Below are positions 1 to 9,828 of a stretch of DNA of 32,000 nt, piece after piece. Numbering within the stretch: the first letter of the stretch is position 1; each line of letters starts with the position of its first letter. The stretch comes from Geotalea uraniireducens Rf4 (GTDB lineage Bacteria > Desulfobacterota > Desulfuromonadia > Geobacterales > Geobacteraceae). The DNA lies in assembly GCF_000016745.1 (NCBI RefSeq), contig NC_009483.1:3450001-3482000 (forward strand), given 5' to 3'. The notes below the pieces were generated by a model. That model did no database searches. It was not told the DNA's origin and saw nothing but the letters and a program-made list of their open reading frames with translations. Both the position numbers and the translations under genes were made by a program.

Positions 1-382
1 TAAAATCCGTATTGAGCTTTGTGCCGATCCGCGGCGCAGGCTCTATCTGTTCCGGCTCAAGATCCAGCACCTCCTGGACCGAATCCGCCATGGCGCCCAG
101 TATCGTAATCTCCCCGTCGATAGCGACCTCCACGATGATGATGCAGGTATTCACCGTTTTTTCCGTGACGGCCATGCCGAATTTAAGGCGCATGTCTACC
201 ACCGGCACCACATTGCCGCGCAGGTTTATCACCCCGCGCATAAACTCCGGCATCTGCGGCACCTTGGTTACGCTGGAGAAGTCCAGGACCTCCCTGACCT
301 TGCCAATATCCAGGGCAAACACCTCCGCATCAAGGGTAAAGGTCAGATACTGCGTTATTTCTCCCATTCCGTCTCCGCCCAT
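1..382 (-). CDS. cheW: CheW-like coupling protein, 3' end cut by the window edge
   Basis: Minus-strand translation from the ATG at complement 380-382 reads MGGDGMGEITQYLTFTLDAEVFALDIG... It is clearly paralogous to the complete CheW at 6791-7300 (same TQYLTF..LD.E.FALD..KVRE core). The listed + ORF 12-413 is its antisense shadow. Confidence 0.85.
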   Translation of the reverse strand, partial: MGGDGMGEITQYLTFTLDAEVFALDIGKVREVLDFSSVTKVPQMPEFMRGVINLRGNVVPVVDMRLKFGMAVTEKTVNTCIIIVEVAIDGEITILGAMADSVQEVLDLEPEQIEPAPRIGTKLNTDF

Positions 383-467
383 AGACTGCTCTCTCCTTTC
401 GCCAACAACATAAGACTTTGCACATAAACTTTCTTATCGTCCACCCAAGAAATTTCTTTAGTGTTTT

Positions 468-687
468 TCAGCGTTGTCCGGTTTGGTTTTTGCTTACGTC
501 CCGTAGGGACAGAATACTGGTAGCCGGGGAATTCATTCCCCGGTCATCCAGGCGAAATATCATCACGTCACGTACGTGACGTGGGGAAATATAGCATCTC
601 ATCCGGGGGATGAATCCCCCGCTACATTCGAACGCCCCTAATGGGGCTTAACAACCTTGATGCACAAACCAAACCGGACAACGCTGA
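468..687. mobile_element. MITE-like element (220 bp) with 22-bp perfect terminal inverted repeats and a 7-bp flanking direct repeat
   Basis: TCAGCGTTGTCCGGTTTGGTTT at 468-489 is the exact reverse complement of 666-687. GTGTTTT occurs immediately outside both ends (461-467 and 688-694). The interior holds nested hairpins (ccggggaattcattccccgg, cacgtcacgtacgtgacgtg, ccgggggatgaatcccccg) and no ORF. Confidence 0.6.
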
Positions 688-702
688 GTGTTTTTAACTA
701 AC

Positions 703-729
703 AAAAAAACGCCGTGGTCTCCCACGGCG
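703..729 (-). terminator. Rho-independent terminator downstream of the receiver gene
   Basis: On the minus strand, GCGCCGTGG-GAGA-CCACGGCG is followed by a U-run (plus-strand A-run 703-709). It lies about 40 nt after the stop at 770. Confidence 0.6.
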
Positions 730-769
730 CTTCCGGTACAGGCAAAGGTGACAATACCAGCTTTAAAAG

Positions 770-1180
770 CTATATCCCCATATCATTCATAATCTCAATA
801 AGTTTCCTGCCGTCAAGCGGCTTGTTCAGGAAAAACTCCACCCCCAGTCTCCGGCAGCTTTCGATGTCTGACGGCTCTTGGGAGGAACTGGTGATGATGA
901 CCGGGATGTCCCTCATTCGCTCATCATCCCGGATGGATTGGAGCACTTCCAGGCCATTCAACTTGGGAAGTTTCAGATCTAGCAGGATTAACCGCGGCAT
1001 CATGGCTTTGTCGCGTTCCGCATGGTTGCCGGCACAGAACAGACAATCGATTGCATCCGCCCCGTCGCGGGCGACCAAGACCCCTTCAATGCCGCATTTC
1101 TTCAACTCTCTCAGCGTCAGAAATTCGTCATCAGGATTGTCCTCAACCATTAAGACAAGGATGTTCGACCACATCAGCAC
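770..1180 (-). CDS. Single-domain response regulator (CheY-like receiver)
   Basis: 136-aa ORF with receiver hallmarks: LVLMVEDNPDD acidic pocket, LILLDLKLPKLNG phospho-acceptor Asp context, PVIITSS, and LNKP (conserved Lys-Pro). Confidence 0.85.
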   Translation of the reverse strand: MLMWSNILVLMVEDNPDDEFLTLRELKKCGIEGVLVARDGADAIDCLFCAGNHAERDKAMMPRLILLDLKLPKLNGLEVLQSIRDDERMRDIPVIITSSSQEPSDIESCRRLGVEFFLNKPLDGRKLIEIMNDMGI

Positions 1181-1206
1181 TCCTTCCTGTTAGGGCCTGT
1201 CAAGCC

Positions 1207-2766
1207 TTAGAGTGAAAAATAAAAGGTTGCGCCCTTTTCTATCGCCCCTTCCGCCCAAATTCGGCCGCCATGGCGCTGAATGACCCTCTGCACGGTCGCA
1301 AGACCGATACCGTTGCCGGGAAACTCGCCGGGGCAATGGATGCTCTCGAACGGCTTGAACAGCTTCTTGGCAAATTTCATATCAAAACCTACCCCGTCAT
1401 CACGGACATAACAGACCCTGCGTCGTTTATGCTCGGTAATGCCGAATTCTATCCCTGCCGTCGAATGTTTCGCCGTATACTTCCAGGCATTGTCGAGAAG
1501 GTTTTTCAATGCAATCGTTAACATCGCGACATCGCCTTTCACCATGACATCAGGGGCTGCAACGAATTCAACGACACGGTCGGGATGCATCTCCTTCAGC
1601 TCTTGAATTATTGAACGGGCAATCTCACTCAGATTCACATCCTGCACAGTCAGCTCGCTCCGTGTCAGCCTGCTCAGTTCGAGAAGGACATCGATCACCC
1701 TTTTCAACTGCAGGCTTCCCTGTTCTATACGTTCGGCGTAAAACCGGCCTTGCGCGTCAAGCAGCTCTGAGCAGTCTTCCAATATGGCCCGGCTGTAACC
1801 TTCAAGGCGGTTGAGCGGGGCGCGCAGGTCGTGGGAGATCGCATAGCAAAAACCTTCCAACTCCCTGTTGGATGCCTCCAGTTGTGCGGTGCGTTTAAGG
1901 ACGCGCTGTTCCAGCTCCTCGTTCAATTTCCATATTTCCACTTCGGCCTGTTTACGTTCGCTGATATCGCGGTTGCTGCCGCGAATACCGATAAAATTGC
2001 CATTGTTGTCGAAAACCGGCCGGCAGACATGCCCAATCCATCTGCAACTTCCATCCGGACGGATAATGCGAAACGCGGCCACATCGCTTTTGAATTTTTG
2101 CTCAACTTCATGCCGATGGCTTCGAAAACTCGATCGGTCATCCGAATGGATAATTCGATAAAATAGATCAGGGTCTGCCGCAAAATCATCCGCACTATAT
2201 CCGGTGATATCCAGGCATGCCGGCGACGTGTATATAAAGCGACCCTCCGGGTTTAACCAGAATTCCCATCCATAGGTGTTATCAGCGACTATGCGGTATT
2301 TCATCTCCGATTCACGTAGCGCTTCTTCTGCCCGCATGCGCTCCACGACTTCACATTTAAGCCTTACATTTGCCTTTTCCAGTTCAGCAGTCCTCTCTTT
2401 AACCTTTGATTCCAGATCTTCCCGGGATTGTAACAACGCCTCCTCTGCGGCTGTTCGCTCCCGCTCGCACCGCACCAGCCGTCTGCCCACCAGACAAATG
2501 CCGCCTACCCCCACCATCCAGAGGATGACATATCCCAGGCTGTTGAAAAGAATCTCCCGATGCCCGACAACTGTGATCGGCGCCATGTGGTTTGTTTCAC
2601 GGACCACGCTCCCGACGAGAAATACGGCCGGCAATATTGTCCATGCAGCAACCAGTGGCCAGGCATACCGTTCCAAAGTGGCGCAGCTAGTTTTTTTTCT
2701 GGTGGAATCATTTGCCATTTTTGCTGCATCCATGCTTACAAAAGACCGGGAAAATTCCAGCCACAT
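1207..2766 (-). CDS. Membrane sensor histidine kinase (TM, coiled coil, PAS, HisKA, HATPase_c)
   Basis: H-box AISHDLRAPLNRLEGY; N-box LLDNAWKY; G-boxes VRDDGVGFD and GNGIGLATV. A PAS-like segment (YRIVADNTYGWEFWLNPEGRFIYTSPAC) and N-terminal hydrophobic helices are present. The exact start is uncertain. Confidence 0.85.
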   Translation of the reverse strand: MWLEFSRSFVSMDAAKMANDSTRKKTSCATLERYAWPLVAAWTILPAVFLVGSVVRETNHMAPITVVGHREILFNSLGYVILWMVGVGGICLVGRRLVRCERERTAAEEALLQSREDLESKVKERTAELEKANVRLKCEVVERMRAEEALRESEMKYRIVADNTYGWEFWLNPEGRFIYTSPACLDITGYSADDFAADPDLFYRIIHSDDRSSFRSHRHEVEQKFKSDVAAFRIIRPDGSCRWIGHVCRPVFDNNGNFIGIRGSNRDISERKQAEVEIWKLNEELEQRVLKRTAQLEASNRELEGFCYAISHDLRAPLNRLEGYSRAILEDCSELLDAQGRFYAERIEQGSLQLKRVIDVLLELSRLTRSELTVQDVNLSEIARSIIQELKEMHPDRVVEFVAAPDVMVKGDVAMLTIALKNLLDNAWKYTAKHSTAGIEFGITEHKRRRVCYVRDDGVGFDMKFAKKLFKPFESIHCPGEFPGNGIGLATVQRVIQRHGGRIWAEGAIEKGATFYFSL

Positions 2767-2865
2767 TATTATAATGATTTAACATTAGACGTAAAGCTAA
2801 TAATCATTATTTTGGTTAAAAACCGGTATAAGTGTAGTAAGTGTAGTCGAAATTCTGGAATAAAC

Positions 2866-2907
2866 AAAAAAAAGCGGACATAGTCGCTGGATCGCGCCCA
2901 TGTCCGC
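2866..2907 (-). terminator. Rho-independent terminator after the 1093-aa MCP
   Basis: On the minus strand, a GCGGACATGG...CTATGTCCGC hairpin is followed by an 8-nt U-run (plus-strand A-run 2866-2873). It lies about 100 nt downstream of the stop at 3011. Confidence 0.55.
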
Positions 2908-3010
2908 CTCACCTCTGTTGACTGCCAGGAACCGTTATGCGGCCCTGGCGCCGCCATTTAACCCTAACCGCCGTCAGGTTTTACAGAATAAAATATCTTA
3001 GTTCCCGGTT

Positions 3011-6000
3011 TTAGAATTTCTCATACTCGTTATCCAATTGCTCACTGTCCTCGTTCATGTCCAGGTCATGACCGACCGCCTTTTTCGCATAGCCGTTCGC
3101 CATGGCGTGCTTCATGGTGTCTTTTACCTTTGACTTGACGGCGGGTTTGCGGTCGTCTTTCTTCACAACCGCTGTTTTTCTCCCGACCGATTCTTCTCCG
3201 ATTTTGAAGAAGGCGATGCTGCACTGCAACTGTTCGGCCTGCGAAGCGAGCTCTTCTGCGGTGGATGCCATTTCCTCGGAGGCGCCGGCATTCTGCTGGA
3301 TCACCTGATCCAGTTGCTGGATTGCCTTGTTGATCTGCTCGGCGCCGGCATCCTGCTCCTTGCTGCCGGCGCTGATCTCCTGCACCAGTTCAGCGGTTTT
3401 CTGGATGTCGGGGACCATCCTGGTCAGCATCTCGCCAGCCTTCTCCGCTATCTCCACGCTGGTGGAAGAGAGTTCGGAGATTTCCGCGGCCGCCTTCTGG
3501 CTCCGTTCGGCAAGCTTCCGCACCTCGCTTGCCACCACCGCAAACCCTTTGCCGTGCTCGCCGGCCCGTGCCGCCTCTATGGCCGCGTTCAGGGCGAGGA
3601 GGTTGGTCTGCCGGGCGATCTCTTCGATGATGGAGATCTTGCCGGCAATCTCCTTCATGGCAGCCACCGTCTGGACCACTGCCTTCCCACCTTCCTGGGC
3701 GTCGATAGCGGATTTGACGGCAATCTTTTCCGTCTGTAACGCGTTGTCGGCGGTCTGTTTGATATTGGACGACATCTGCTCCATGGAGGAAGATGCCTCT
3801 TCGGCTGCCGCCGCCTGCTCACTCGCCCCTTGGGACATCTGTTCGGAGCTGGAGGAAAGTTCCTGGCTCCCGGCAGCCACATTGTCGGCAGCCGATTTTA
3901 CCTCGCTGACCACGTCGTTCAGCTTTTTAACCATGGCATGCAAGGCAAGCATCAGCTCGTCTTCTGCAGAACGTTCCTTTATCTCAACCGTAAGGTCGCC
4001 GTTGGCAATCAGTTTAGCTGCCTCAGAGATACTCCGGGTCGCCTGAACAGAGCTATTGACAGCAGCGGCTATTGCCTCGAAGGTCTGTTTGACTTCCTTG
4101 GTATCATTGTCGCAAGGCTCGGTTGCGAGGGTAAAGTTGACATCACCTTTCGCCAGCCGCCCCAAACCAGCCACGAGTTTGGTGGTTTCATTCTCCTGGT
4201 AGTCGGCAATTTTACTGGCCAACCGGGCCGCCTTCTTCACCGCGGTCAGGTCCGTCACCACCTCGAAGGCGCCGATCACCTTGCCGCTCCCGTCCTTGAT
4301 CGGCACGCCGGTATATGAGATGTCAAGATCAAGCCCAACCGCGGGATGGGCATCAGCCTCGCTCGTTGCCTCACGGCCGCCGGAGATGGCCTGGTAGCAG
4401 GCACAGTTCTGGGTCTTACAGTCGCTTGTCTTGAAGTGGTCGTAGCATTTCGTCCCGGCCACCTGGGCCGGCACCTTCCCCCCGACCTTTGCCCCCAGTT
4501 CGTTCATGTAGAGAACCGTGAAATCGTTATCGACGATCATGGCCGGACTGGGCATGCTGTCCAGGAACCCGACCAGCCTGGCTATCGTATCGTTAACCCC
4601 CTGGACTATGTCGCGATACGCTCCCCGGTGCTTGTCAGCGTCGGCGCGGGTGTTCAACCGCCCCTCCATTGCCGCCTGGGAAAGCATGGTGGCATCGGCG
4701 CTGAGGGTATTGACCACCTTGACGCAGGAGTTTAATGCGTCGGCGATTGACTCGAAGGTCGCATATACTTCCCTGGTATCATCATCGGCCGGCTCGGTGA
4801 CGATGGTAAAGTTGACATCGCCTTGCGCCAGTTTGCCCAGGCCATTCACAAGTTTTCTGGTTTCATTTTCCTGATAGTCGGCGATCTTTTTGGCAAGCCG
4901 GGCCGACGCCTTAATCGCAGTCTGGTCCGACACAACTTCGAAGGCGCCGATTACCTGGCCCGCTTCATTGCGCAACGGCATGCCGCTATAGGCTATGTCG
5001 AGATCGACCCCGACCGCGGGATGGGCATCGGTTTCGCCGTGCGCCACCTGCCCGCTCTGGATGGCCCTGCCACAGGCGCAGTTCTGGGTCTTGCAGTCTG
5101 ATGTCTTGAAATGATCGTAGCATTTCGTACCAACCACCTGGGTCGGAGTCTTCCCGCCTACCTTGGCGCCCAGTTCATTCATATACAACACGGTATAATC
5201 GTTATCGATGATCATGGCAGGAGCCGGCATGTTATCAAGCAGACCTACCAGCCTGGTAATTGTCGCATTGACCCCTTCCACTATCTTGCGAAAATCTCCT
5301 TCATGTTTCGTTACATCGGCACGGGTGGTGAGTTTGCCGTCCACGGCCGCCTTGGCCAACATGTTGGCGTCGCCGACCATGGATTTAACCGCATCGACCG
5401 TGGTTTTGAGATTCCGGGAGAGGACATCCTTGTCGGATTTTATCGTAAACTCGACCTCCAGATCTCCCACAGCAATCCTTTCAGCTACCCTGGCGGCCTC
5501 CTTGATGTTCGTCACCATTTTATTGAAAGAGTGGGCGAGCTTTCCGGTTTCATCCCCGGAATCAGATGTTATCATTACCTCAACATCCCCCAGTGCAAGC
5601 TCGTCTGCGGCAGACATGAGTTTTTTTATGCTCCTGCTGATCCTGGATGAAATAACGTACGCCAACAGGAGGACTACGCCGACGATCAAGAGCGTGGTTA
5701 CAGCTATTTTCCAGCGCAACGCCGCCATCTCCTTTTGCATGTCATCGACGTAGAGACCGCTGCCGACGATCCAACCCCAAGGTTGATAAAGTTTGACGTA
5801 AGAAATTTTTTGAACGGCAGCGGTTGTTCCGGGCTTCGGCCAGAGGTATTTCACAAAACCTTCCCCCTTGGCCTTGGATACATTAACAAACTCGACAAAA
5901 ACCGCCTTGCCCTCAGGATCTTTCATGCCCGACTGATCCTGACCATCCAGCTCCGGCTTGATTGGATGCATGATAATTTTTGCGTTAAGGTCATTGATCC

Positions 6001-6292
6001 AGAAATATTCGTTACCGCCATAGCGCAACTGCTTAATCCGTGCTTTTGCCCTTTTCTGGGCTTCTTCCAGGGTAAATTCACCTTTTTTCGCCCTTTCTTC
6101 ATATTCAGCAATCAGTCCAACGGGAAGAGCTACAACGGATTTCAATGTAGATTCTCTCTCTCCCAGCACCTTTTTTTCCACATCGGGCAACAGATAGAAA
6201 AAATTGACCGCGGAGATGAGCAAAACCGTAACAAGGGAAATGCTCATAACTTTTGCCGCAATGTTCCAGTCTTTAAAACGTAAGATACTCAT
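3011..6292 (-). CDS. Methyl-accepting chemotaxis protein: periplasmic sCache-like domain, HAMP, two tandem 4-Cys PAS-like modules, HAMP, MCP signalling domain
   Basis: Canonical tip motif [42 protein letters not shown]. Cache-like [12 protein letters not shown]...[12 protein letters not shown] sits between two TM helices. An internal duplication of about 225 aa is visible. The C-terminus ends in EYEKF. Confidence 0.92.
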   Translation of the reverse strand: MSILRFKDWNIAAKVMSISLVTVLLISAVNFFYLLPDVEKKVLGERESTLKSVVALPVGLIAEYEERAKKGEFTLEEAQKRAKARIKQLRYGGNEYFWINDLNAKIIMHPIKPELDGQDQSGMKDPEGKAVFVEFVNVSKAKGEGFVKYLWPKPGTTAAVQKISYVKLYQPWGWIVGSGLYVDDMQKEMAALRWKIAVTTLLIVGVVLLLAYVISSRISRSIKKLMSAADELALGDVEVMITSDSGDETGKLAHSFNKMVTNIKEAARVAERIAVGDLEVEFTIKSDKDVLSRNLKTTVDAVKSMVGDANMLAKAAVDGKLTTRADVTKHEGDFRKIVEGVNATITRLVGLLDNMPAPAMIIDNDYTVLYMNELGAKVGGKTPTQVVGTKCYDHFKTSDCKTQNCACGRAIQSGQVAHGETDAHPAVGVDLDIAYSGMPLRNEAGQVIGAFEVVSDQTAIKASARLAKKIADYQENETRKLVNGLGKLAQGDVNFTIVTEPADDDTREVYATFESIADALNSCVKVVNTLSADATMLSQAAMEGRLNTRADADKHRGAYRDIVQGVNDTIARLVGFLDSMPSPAMIVDNDFTVLYMNELGAKVGGKVPAQVAGTKCYDHFKTSDCKTQNCACYQAISGGREATSEADAHPAVGLDLDISYTGVPIKDGSGKVIGAFEVVTDLTAVKKAARLASKIADYQENETTKLVAGLGRLAKGDVNFTLATEPCDNDTKEVKQTFEAIAAAVNSSVQATRSISEAAKLIANGDLTVEIKERSAEDELMLALHAMVKKLNDVVSEVKSAADNVAAGSQELSSSSEQMSQGASEQAAAAEEASSSMEQMSSNIKQTADNALQTEKIAVKSAIDAQEGGKAVVQTVAAMKEIAGKISIIEEIARQTNLLALNAAIEAARAGEHGKGFAVVASEVRKLAERSQKAAAEISELSSTSVEIAEKAGEMLTRMVPDIQKTAELVQEISAGSKEQDAGAEQINKAIQQLDQVIQQNAGASEEMASTAEELASQAEQLQCSIAFFKIGEESVGRKTAVVKKDDRKPAVKSKVKDTMKHAMANGYAKKAVGHDLDMNEDSEQLDNEYEKF

Positions 6293-6604
6293 GCCTCATT
6301 CTCCTTTAATGCTCTTGGTCTATGGTGATGTTGCCGCTACGCTCATTGCTTCCTCCATTCCTGGCGAGAGCGGAATGCACCAGGACAAAACATGGCGACG
6401 GGCCTGATGCAACGTCCGTCGCCTTGAATATTTCATCGACAATTTCGGGGGAAACCTTTAAAGGAGTTAGTAATTATTTATTGCTAATTCAGGCAATTAC
6501 CTGCTTCTTGAAGGGAATAGCATGACAGCGCAGGGATACCGATGAGACCCGAGTGGCAAGGGCGGGACCTTGCCACTCGGTTTGAGGAAGTGTTGTTTTC
6601 AAAC

Positions 6605-6745
6605 GCCCCGGAGGGGCAGTATGCATGTAGCCGGGGGATTCATCCCCCGGTTCAAAACGTGAAAAATCCGTCTCGTCACGTACGTGACGAGGTGAAATGA
6701 TGTCATTTGACCGGGGCATGAATGCCCCGGCTACCGGCATTCAAT
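6605..6745. repeat. Large imperfect palindromic element, same family as the core of the 468-687 MITE
   Basis: gtagccgggggattcatcccccgg (6627-6650), central cacgtacgtg (6677-6686) and ccggggcatgaatgccccggctac (6711-6734) mirror each other. The same three-hairpin core occurs at about 520-625. Flanking small hairpins (gccccggaggggc vs gtcccgtagggac) also correspond. Confidence 0.55.
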
Positions 6746-6790
6746 CGCTACGCGACGTAAACAAGAACCTTGCTGGGTTTAAAGGAAGAT

Positions 6791-7300
6791 TTATGCTGCT
6801 TGTGCACTGCATCGCTGCTTATCGTCACCGGCCACCACGGTCAGCTCCATCGCAGAAAAGACCTTGTCGATATCGAGGATCATAATGAACTGTTCATTAT
6901 GTTTGCCCATCCCCAGGATAAAGTCGGTGTTGAGTTTTGTGCCGATACGGGGCGCCGGCTCGATCTGCTCCGGCTCCAGGTCGATCACTTCCTGCACCGA
7001 GTCGGCGAGAGCCCCCAGGATGATAAGCTCACCTTCGACCGCGATCTCCACGACGATAATACAGGTATTCACCGTCTTTTCGGTCTCTGCCATGCCGAAC
7101 TTCAACCGCAGGTCAATGACCGGCACCACGCTGCCGCGCAGGTTGATCACCCCCCGCATATACTCCGGGGTCTGCGGCACCTTGGTGACGGTGGGTGAGT
7201 CCAGTATTTCCCGCACCTTTGCCACATCCAGTGCGAAGATCTCCTTATCAAGCTCGAAGGTCAGGTATTGGGTTGTTTCCGTTATGCCCGCTACGCTCAT
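6791..7300 (-). CDS. cheW: CheW coupling protein
   Basis: 169-aa ORF with a complete CheW-like domain (FALDVAKVREIL...VINLRGSVVPVIDLRLKFG...IIVVE...LGALADSVQEV). An SD-like GGGGGA lies upstream of the ATG. Confidence 0.92.
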   Translation of the reverse strand: MSVAGITETTQYLTFELDKEIFALDVAKVREILDSPTVTKVPQTPEYMRGVINLRGSVVPVIDLRLKFGMAETEKTVNTCIIVVEIAVEGELIILGALADSVQEVIDLEPEQIEPAPRIGTKLNTDFILGMGKHNEQFIMILDIDKVFSAMELTVVAGDDKQRCSAQAA

Positions 7301-7381
7301 TGGTTCCCCCTTTTATTTGGGATCAGGGAATGGGGATCTGGGATCAGTAAAATCCCAGTTCCCAGCTCCCGGTTCCCGGTT

Positions 7382-9583
7382 TTAGAATTTCTCATAGTCG
7401 TTATCCAATTGCTCATTGTCCTCGCCCATCTCCAGATCGTGACCGACCGCCTTTTTCGCATAGCCGTTCGCCATGGCGTGCTTCATGGTGTCTTTTGCCC
7501 TTGATTTGACGGCGGGTTTGCGGTCGTCTTTCTTCACAGCCGCTGTTTTTCTCCCGACCGATTCTTCACCGATTTTGAAGAAGGCGATGCTGCACTGCAA
7601 CTGTTCGGCCTGCGAAGCAAGCTCTTCTGCGGTGGATGCCATTTCCTCGGAGGCGCCGGCATTCTGCTGGATCACCTGATCCAGTTGCTGGATTGCCTTG
7701 TTGATCTGCTCGGCGCCGGTATCCTGCTCTCGGCTTCCGGCGCTGATCTCCTGCACCAGTTCAGCGGTTTTCTGGATATCGGGAACCAGCTTGGTCAACA
7801 GTTGTCCCGCTTTTTCCGCCACATCAACGCTGGTTGCCGACAAATCGCTGATCTCCGCCGCTGCCTTCTGGCTCCGCTCGGCAAGCTTCCGTACCTCGCT
7901 TGCCACCACGGCGAAACCCTTGCCGTGTTCGCCGGCACGGGCAGCCTCGATGGCGGCATTCAGGGCGAGGAGGTTGGTCTGGCGGGCGATCTCTTCGATG
8001 ATGGAGATCTTGCCGGCAATCTCTTTCATGGCGATTACAGTTTGTGTTACCGCTTCGCCACCTTCTTTGGCGTCACTGGCGGATTTCACGGCGATCTTCT
8101 CGGTCTGCATGGCGTTATCAGCATTCTGCCTGATGTTGGAAGTCATCTCTTCCATGGATGCCGAGGCCTCTTCGGCTGACGCCGCCTGTTCACTCGCCCC
8201 CTGGGACATCTCCTCGGAACTGGAAGAAAGTTCCTGGCTGCCGGAAGCAACGTTGTCCGCCGCACTCTTCACCTCACTGACAATCTCCGTCAACTTCTTC
8301 ACCATTATCGCCAGTGCCTGCATCAGTTCGTCATTTGCCGAGCGCTCCTTCGCCTCGACCAGCAGATTGCCGCCGGCAATTTCCTGCGCCAGGCGGGTCA
8401 CGTTGTTCATTGCGTCGATGAGAAGATTGATATTGTTTTTTATTTCGTTAAAATCGCCGTAATAGGTATCGGTAATCTTTGCCGGGATATCCCCTTTGGA
8501 TATGCGGTCCACATATTCTGCGGTCACGTTTATCGGCAGGACAAATGCCTCGATCAGCCGGTTGATGCCTGCCACCAGCTCTCCCCATGCCCCCTGGTAA
8601 CCCGCCGCATTGCCGCGCACATCCAGTTTCCCCTCTTGGACAGCCTTGATCAGATGGTCTGTTTCCAGTACCAACTCTTTGATCATGGCAATCATTGCAG
8701 CCAGGTTTTTACCCATGACGTCGTTTTCCGACTTTGCCGACACCTGAACCGTCAGGTCGCCGGCAGCAACCTTCTCCGCAGCAAACGATGCCTCTTTGAT
8801 GTTCTCCGCCATATTCCTGAATGACTGGGAAAGCATGCCGATCTCGTCTTTGGAATTTATGGCGATTTCCACATTCACATCGCCGACCGCCAGTTTGTCG
8901 GCTAAAGCCGCGAGGGCCGTCACCGGTCGGGTAATACTGCGGGTGATCAGGATGCTGATGGCGATACAGGCAAGGGCTGCCAACATTACGAGGGAGACGA
9001 TCATGGAAACAGCACGGGAGGTGAAGGCAAAGATCTTATTCTCCTCTTCTCCCAGAAGTTTGCTCTTTTCATCGGCAAAATCCTTGGCAAGATTCTCCAG
9101 CTTATGGATCTCGTCCTTATACTGGCCGATGGCAGTGTTGGCCGCTTGTGTATTTTCGACCTTGCCCGCCCCAATTGCAGCCACGACCTTGTCGAAACCT
9201 GCGGCGTAAACCGCCAGATTATCCTTCATCGCCTTCACAATTTCCCGGTCCTTGGGGGTATCCGCAAGCTTCTCCATGGACGCTATCCTGTCTCCGGAAT
9301 GGCCCAGTTGCTCCTTCCATTTGCTGCTGTATTCCGCAACCTTCTCCCGTGAATCGATATTGATGAAGGCATCCTTCTCGAAGCGGCGCATGCTGTTGAC
9401 GTTGGCCCGCAGGCGCGATGAGTGCTCCGACAGCTTCGATTCGTGGTTGACCATCTCCTTGACAGCTTCAGTAGCATAATGGATTCCCCAGTAGCCGGTA
9501 CCGCCGACAGCCAACAAAAGCAACAAAACCAATCCGAACCCGCACCCTAGACGCTTGCCGATTTTCATGTCCTGAAACTTCAT
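7382..9583 (-). CDS. Methyl-accepting chemotaxis protein (4-helix-bundle sensor, poly-HAMP, MCP signalling domain)
   Basis: It has the same tip motif as the other MCP, and the C-terminus ends in DYEKF. The start is set at [13 protein letters not shown] (ATG complement 9581-9583), preceded by AAGGGGGAA. The track ORF extends to 9655 without an SD. Confidence 0.9.
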   Translation of the reverse strand: MKFQDMKIGKRLGCGFGLVLLLLLAVGGTGYWGIHYATEAVKEMVNHESKLSEHSSRLRANVNSMRRFEKDAFINIDSREKVAEYSSKWKEQLGHSGDRIASMEKLADTPKDREIVKAMKDNLAVYAAGFDKVVAAIGAGKVENTQAANTAIGQYKDEIHKLENLAKDFADEKSKLLGEEENKIFAFTSRAVSMIVSLVMLAALACIAISILITRSITRPVTALAALADKLAVGDVNVEIAINSKDEIGMLSQSFRNMAENIKEASFAAEKVAAGDLTVQVSAKSENDVMGKNLAAMIAMIKELVLETDHLIKAVQEGKLDVRGNAAGYQGAWGELVAGINRLIEAFVLPINVTAEYVDRISKGDIPAKITDTYYGDFNEIKNNINLLIDAMNNVTRLAQEIAGGNLLVEAKERSANDELMQALAIMVKKLTEIVSEVKSAADNVASGSQELSSSSEEMSQGASEQAASAEEASASMEEMTSNIRQNADNAMQTEKIAVKSASDAKEGGEAVTQTVIAMKEIAGKISIIEEIARQTNLLALNAAIEAARAGEHGKGFAVVASEVRKLAERSQKAAAEISDLSATSVDVAEKAGQLLTKLVPDIQKTAELVQEISAGSREQDTGAEQINKAIQQLDQVIQQNAGASEEMASTAEELASQAEQLQCSIAFFKIGEESVGRKTAAVKKDDRKPAVKSRAKDTMKHAMANGYAKKAVGHDLEMGEDNEQLDNDYEKF

Positions 9584-9659
9584 GTCATGTTCCCCCTTGG
9601 AACAATTTAGTACCAGGTTTGCACCTGGATGATTCATCTCGATTTTTGAAAACACCAGT

Positions 9660-9828
9660 CTAGGAGCCTGTCGGACTTAGGACTGAATCTACTGCGAGAA
9701 TGGCAAATCGGTCCATATCTCCGTAAATTTTCGACGAATAGGTCCACTATTAGCTCTCAAATTTCCGGAAATCTGTCCTCGATTTTCCATTCTCTCGCTA
9801 CGATTCCCTAAGTCCGACAGGCTCCTAG
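9660..9828. mobile_element. MITE-like palindromic element (169 bp) with 22-bp perfect terminal inverted repeats
   Basis: CTAGGAGCCTGTCGGACTTAGG at 9660-9681 is the exact reverse complement of 9807-9828. The interior arms also mirror each other (gaatctactgcgagaatggcaaatcg vs cgattttccattctctcgctacgattc). There is no ORF. Confidence 0.6.

Noticed and set aside
2829-2848. Direct repeat TAAGTGTAGT x2 upstream of the histidine kinase
   Set aside because: It is real but short (two 10-mers) and sits in an AT-rich spacer. That is insufficient to call an operator or mobile-element end.
3327-4046. Plus-strand ORFs inside both MCP genes (also 3314-3739, 7685-8179, 7698-8462, 4346-4735, 5111-5650 and others)
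   Set aside because: All are antisense to MCP coding sequence that carries the canonical signalling motif. They are duplicated only because the underlying MCP 3' block is duplicated.
9584-9659. Sigma54-like TGGTAC-N-TTGT upstream of the MCP
   Set aside because: The GG to G(C) spacing is one nucleotide short of the -24/-12 consensus, and the -12 element is TTGT rather than TTGC.
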